Source: the human T2T-CHM13v2.0 reference genome, Homo sapiens. Taken from it: DNA of 64,000 bases. The DNA lies in NCBI GenBank assembly GCA_009914755.4, contig CP068257.2, positions 27,456,001 through 27,520,000 of the forward strand, read 5' to 3'. Under the pieces are notes generated by a model. It had not been told where the DNA came from. It saw only the letters and a list, made by a program, of their open reading frames with translations, and ran no database searches. Made by a program: the position numbers and the translations under genes. The number at the start of each line of letters is the position of its first letter. The stretch's first letter is position 1. Below, piece by piece: positions 59,873-64,000 of the stretch.

Positions 59873-61311
59873 GTAAGGATTTTTCTAAAGTCTCTCTTCT
59901 TTCCTCCTTAGTGTCATAAAGTATAGCGAGCTGGGCAGAGAGTGGCCTGACTAGGGGAGACTGACTTGGACCCAGAATGTGGGGCTTTGAAGTCATCAAG
60001 GATTACATTTCTAGAGCTCCAAAGTCAGGCTGAAGCCCTCATGGAATGCCCCTGTCTGGTTATCTGGCTATGGCACCAGGACAGCAAGTGCTTATAGCAT
60101 AAACTGGCTCCTATTTTTAAGGGGTTCTGGAGCCTGGGAAAAGGACGGGTCCCTTCTCTACTTCGATATGGCTGTCTCTAGGTCATTGCATTTTTGGCTT
60201 GTCTGGGGTTAGTGATTTAGTGTTAAACTCTGCAGAGAAGACTTACCATGTTTGCCAAGACTTTGGAATAATCTTCCTTTCTCTGTTCCCTGCCCCTTCC
60301 CCAGTTCTCTGACAACTTTTAATGGAATATAACTATTTTAACTTAAACCTTCTGAAAATTGACTTGTTGGACCCATGACAAATTATTTTGTATATGTAGT
60401 TTCTGAGTGATCTGTTGAAAGATATTTTAATACACCAGAATTATTTGAAAGGAGCTCATTTATCACATTTTAATTTTCTTTAGATTATCCATGGTGATTC
60501 CAGGCAAAAATGGCTTTCAGAAGAGGTTCTGTCTAAAATACCAGGATACTGGCCTTGGGCCAGCCATTCACTTGAATACTTAACTTTGTAGTCACATTTA
60601 GGCAAGTCCAATAGGGGTCTTGAATCCTGTACACAGACATTTCTTAGTCACCACTTTTTTCTCCTAAATATTGATTTTGAAAGCCTTTAGGAGGGGTTTG
60701 TAACCTCCAGTTCCCAACAGGCCCTGACATACCCTATTATCTTACACACAGCAGCTTTTCCCATTTGTGGGTGTGCCTTGTGTCCTAACGTCATTTGAGT
60801 TTGGCATTCTTATTCCTGGACAGCCCTCAACAGAGGTGGAAGAAGAACCAAGAATGAGCCCTTCCGCAAGCCAAGATAGTGTTCCTTTTTGTTTGCTTCT
60901 GTTCTTACCTCAGTATGCAGAGCACTGTGTTAAAAACCTGGCAGCAACCAGGTCAGGTTTGAAGAGCTGGTGTTCTACTGCCAGGGTGGTCTCTAAAAAC
61001 CAACTGAGGGTGACTCAGGTGTGATCTGGCCGCTTGGAGGAGTCCTCATTCTCACCTTTGTAGCAGTCCTGGGCATTGTCTCAGCTTTCCAACAGAAAGC
61101 TGCTCAACAGAGCATTATCAGTTATGTAGGTATTACTGAAAATTGTATAGGAGGTCGGAGGGTTACACTGATCACCACACAGCTGTCAAAAGAGCTCTGT
61201 CGTCCCCTAAAATTTCCTCTCTAGCTATCAGCCATCACGTCTCCCTCTTTTTTCTATCCTCCATGCAGGGTTCTCAACCCAGCTCTCCTGGCTTCTAATT
61301 TTTAACCATAG

Positions 61312-61737
<426 letters not shown>

Positions 61738-61774
61738 TAGGTTCTGTTCTCACAGAGAGGCTGTCTATGTGCTG

Positions 61775-62152
61775 CTGGTGGTGTAATTGGGATTGCTATT
61801 GAAAGTAATGCCATTGGCCAGGTGCCGTGGCTCACACCTGTAATCCCAGCACTTTGGGAGGCTGAGGCGGGTGGATAAGACCAGCCTGGTCAATATGGTG
61901 AAACCCCATCTCTACTAAAAATACAAAAATTAGCCAGGTGTGGTGGCACACACCTATAGTCCCAGCTACTAGGGAGGCTGAGGCAGGAGAATCGCTTGAA
62001 ACCAGGAGGCGGAGGTTGCAGTGAGCCCAAGGTTGCTGTGAGCCAAGATCGTACCACTGCACTCCAGCCTGGGCAACAGAGCAAGACTCCGTCTCAAAAA
62101 AATAAAAAAGAAAGTAATGGCAAAAACTACAACTTCTTTTGCACCAACCTAA
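61775..62152. mobile_element. Mariner-derived MITE (MADE1-like), split by the Alu at 61816-62109
   Basis: The right half is GAAAGTAATGGCAAAAACTACAACTTCTTTTGCACCAACCTAA. It matches the MADE1 end ...AAAAGTAATGGCAAAAACCGCAATTACTTTTGCACCAACCTAA. The left half, ...GGTGGTGTAATTGGGATTGCTATTGAAAGTAATGCCATT, is a degenerate MADE1 5' half. Confidence 0.6.
61816..62109 (+). mobile_element. Alu SINE, sense, with a left-monomer deletion, a small duplication near the 3' end and a 13-bp TSD
   Basis: GGCCAGGTGCCGTGGCTCACACCTGTAATCCCAGCACTTTGGGAGGCTGAGGCGGGTGGATAAGACCAGCCTGGTCAATATGG... There is an extra GCAGTGAGCCCAAGGTTGCTGTGAGCCAAGATCG. The flanks are GAAAGTAATGCCA and GAAAGTAATGGCA. Confidence 0.9.
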
Positions 62153-63344
62153 TAGCTATTTTTTCCCCTAGTCATATTTTTTCCTCTTTATTCTATGGTC
62201 ATGTCAAAGCTATTTTATTATCACGGAAATCAGGTGAAAATAAGGAGTAAACATATTTTGAAAATAAAACACTAAAAGCATATTCAGGCTATTGTTCTCT
62301 CATCAAATTATGGATCATTAATTCTACTTTTTTTGTGTTGGAACAACATTTTTTCCTTTGGGAACTTTAATGGTCTTCTCTGGCTCGTGGATCATTCTCC
62401 ACAAGACTCACAGTAGCTCTGGCAATTATCCAGATAATTTTTCTGTTAAAGCATTGCCAGGTCCATTTGAATTTTATAGCTTTAATTCCACTTGACATAT
62501 GTTAGAAATTAAGTCTATTTAATTATTTTATTCCAATGAAACTATTTCATCTTCATTGATCTTTAATGAATTAGGCAGTTGAGAGGGTAGTTTCTGGCTC
62601 ATGGTTTTGATTTTTTTTTCCCCCTTAAAGTATGATAGTGCTTTATCTCTTTGTGAATGGAGAGTGTGTTACCAGCAATACAACCAAACACATTTCAGTA
62701 AGTGCTTGTTTGTTGAATGAAGGATAGGAGTGAGTGTTACAAACATTTACCAGTTGTCAAGGCTTTTGGGTAGGGTTGCCTCTGTCTAGAGCTGTTGCCT
62801 GTTATCTTTGTTCTGTACTCCAGGGCGTGAGTGACTAAACAGCAAGACGATGATGGTTGGGAGGAGAAATCTAATAGAAGATGACATCTAAAAGCAGATT
62901 TTTATTTCTATACTTAGCGTAAGCATATACATTTAAGCCTTCTGTTGCAGGAAGTCTCTGTATTGAAAGCAGTGAAAATGCTTTATGTACAAAAGGAACA
63001 ATCTATTACACAGAGCAGGCCATCTTTATAGTCAGTCTCGTGTGCTTTCATTACACAGTAATGGCTCTTGGAATTTTATCGACTATCATCATCCACTATG
63101 GAAGAGTAAAAGTTGGATTACAAAGGCATATGAAGTGCCTTGTGGTTGCAACTATTTGCTTGAGAATGAATTGAGTCTTGATTACCTCTATCAGAGACTT
63201 AAACATTTTCTTGGTGGAAAATAGATGATGCTAGGTATTGTCAGCCCCGTTCTCTGCAAAACCTCGGATTTAAATCCCACCGAAGCCACTGAGTACCTAT
63301 TAGGCAAGGGGTGTTTCCCTACATATGATCTCATTTGATCTTTG

Positions 63345-63415
63345 CAATAATGAGTAAGCTAACTGTTTTGTCTCCACCTTACAGATGAGAAACTTGAGGC
63401 CAAATTTTGGTCTAA
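63345..63415 (-). mobile_element. MIR SINE fragment, antisense
   Basis: TTGTCTCCACCTTACAGATGAGAAACTTGAGGCCAAATTTTGG. This resembles the MIR reverse complement ...TTTACAGATGAGGAAACTGAGGCACAGAG. Confidence 0.45.
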
Positions 63416-64000
63416 ATACATTTACTATTCCCTTCTTTCCCTTACGCTTTTTAAGGAATATACAGGCTGCTTAAATTACTTTGATAGGTGGAAACTTTTT
63501 TTGTTTGTTTCTGGTTTGCAAGATTGCCATAATGTAGTTATAGAATAACCTTGTAAAATCTGTTCTGACTTTCTGATATCCATTACACATGCTTTGGTAG
63601 TTTATAAAATGCTGCTATAAAATAGCTATTTGGTAGACACTCAATCACTAATTTGACCCCCAGGATTTTTCTGTTGTTTTGCCAAGAATGTGGACAAGTT
63701 TGAGCATGTAATTTGCAGTGCTTCTATTTTCACAGAAGCCAAAAAAAGCCTTGTGCAAGAATAGCAGTGAAAAACATTTCTCTTGATGTCTCTATTAATG
63801 CAAAATATTGAGCAAGAGACCGCAGGAGAAGGTAGGTGTTAAAATGAATATCTCTTTATAATGTTCATTTGTGGGCCTTGGGCCTCTGTCCAGGAGTAGG
63901 TGGAAGGTCAGTTCTATTTGTGCAGATTCCTTTCTTGGGACTAGGTTTCTAAATTTCCCATGCCCATCAGGGACAGTATTTGAGTAGAGCTAGTGTAGAT

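Noticed and set aside
63718-63835. Acceptor (TGCTTCTATTTTCACAG) to donor (GGAGAAG|GTAGGT) pair bracketing ~95 nt
   Set aside because: Every frame has a stop within the segment. It could be a non-coding or UTR exon, but there is nothing beyond the two motifs.

Overview
This window is primate (human-type) nuclear DNA, not a prokaryotic locus, so gene, operon and defense-system logic does not apply. Roughly 20% of it is Alu SINE sequence: about 45 Alu or FLAM units in both orientations, many with intact target-site duplications (TSDs). I also see the following.

- Other repeats: older MIR SINEs; hAT-type MITEs (MER5A-like and related); three copies of an unnamed ancient MITE-like repeat; a MaLR (MLT1-type) solo LTR; a 1.2-kb antisense L1 3' fragment; and a Mariner MADE1 MITE split by an Alu.
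- Simple repeats: GA-rich, (CT)n, (TTTC)n, (TA)n and (CAA)n microsatellites, plus a ~1.15-kb complex GT/AT-rich minisatellite at 57.8-58.9 kb.
- ORF track: almost every ORF in the supplied six-frame track is a known artefact. These are Alu-internal frames, or stop-free frames through the minisatellite.
- Possible gene: a few '+' strand segments have real exon character, with polypyrimidine-AG acceptors, GT donors and open frames. Several are mutually phase-compatible (41410-41538; 43924-44032; 44421-44436; 59701-59872; possibly 32763-32833). They may be exons of one unidentified multi-exon gene running left to right across the window.

I find no evidence of a novel 'system'. The more unusual structures are:

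- a ~350-bp inverted duplication of Alu plus flank (7.19-8.50 kb);
- a MIR-derived palindrome (7.83-8.07 kb);
- an Alu carrying a 70-bp internal tandem duplication;
- an old Alu split by a ~0.8-kb nested insertion;
- a CpG-retaining GC-rich block (32.7-33.5 kb);
- a 6.3-kb Alu-free zone (55.1-61.4 kb) holding the minisatellite and the best exon candidate.

All repeat-family names are from memory of consensus sequences, not from a database search.
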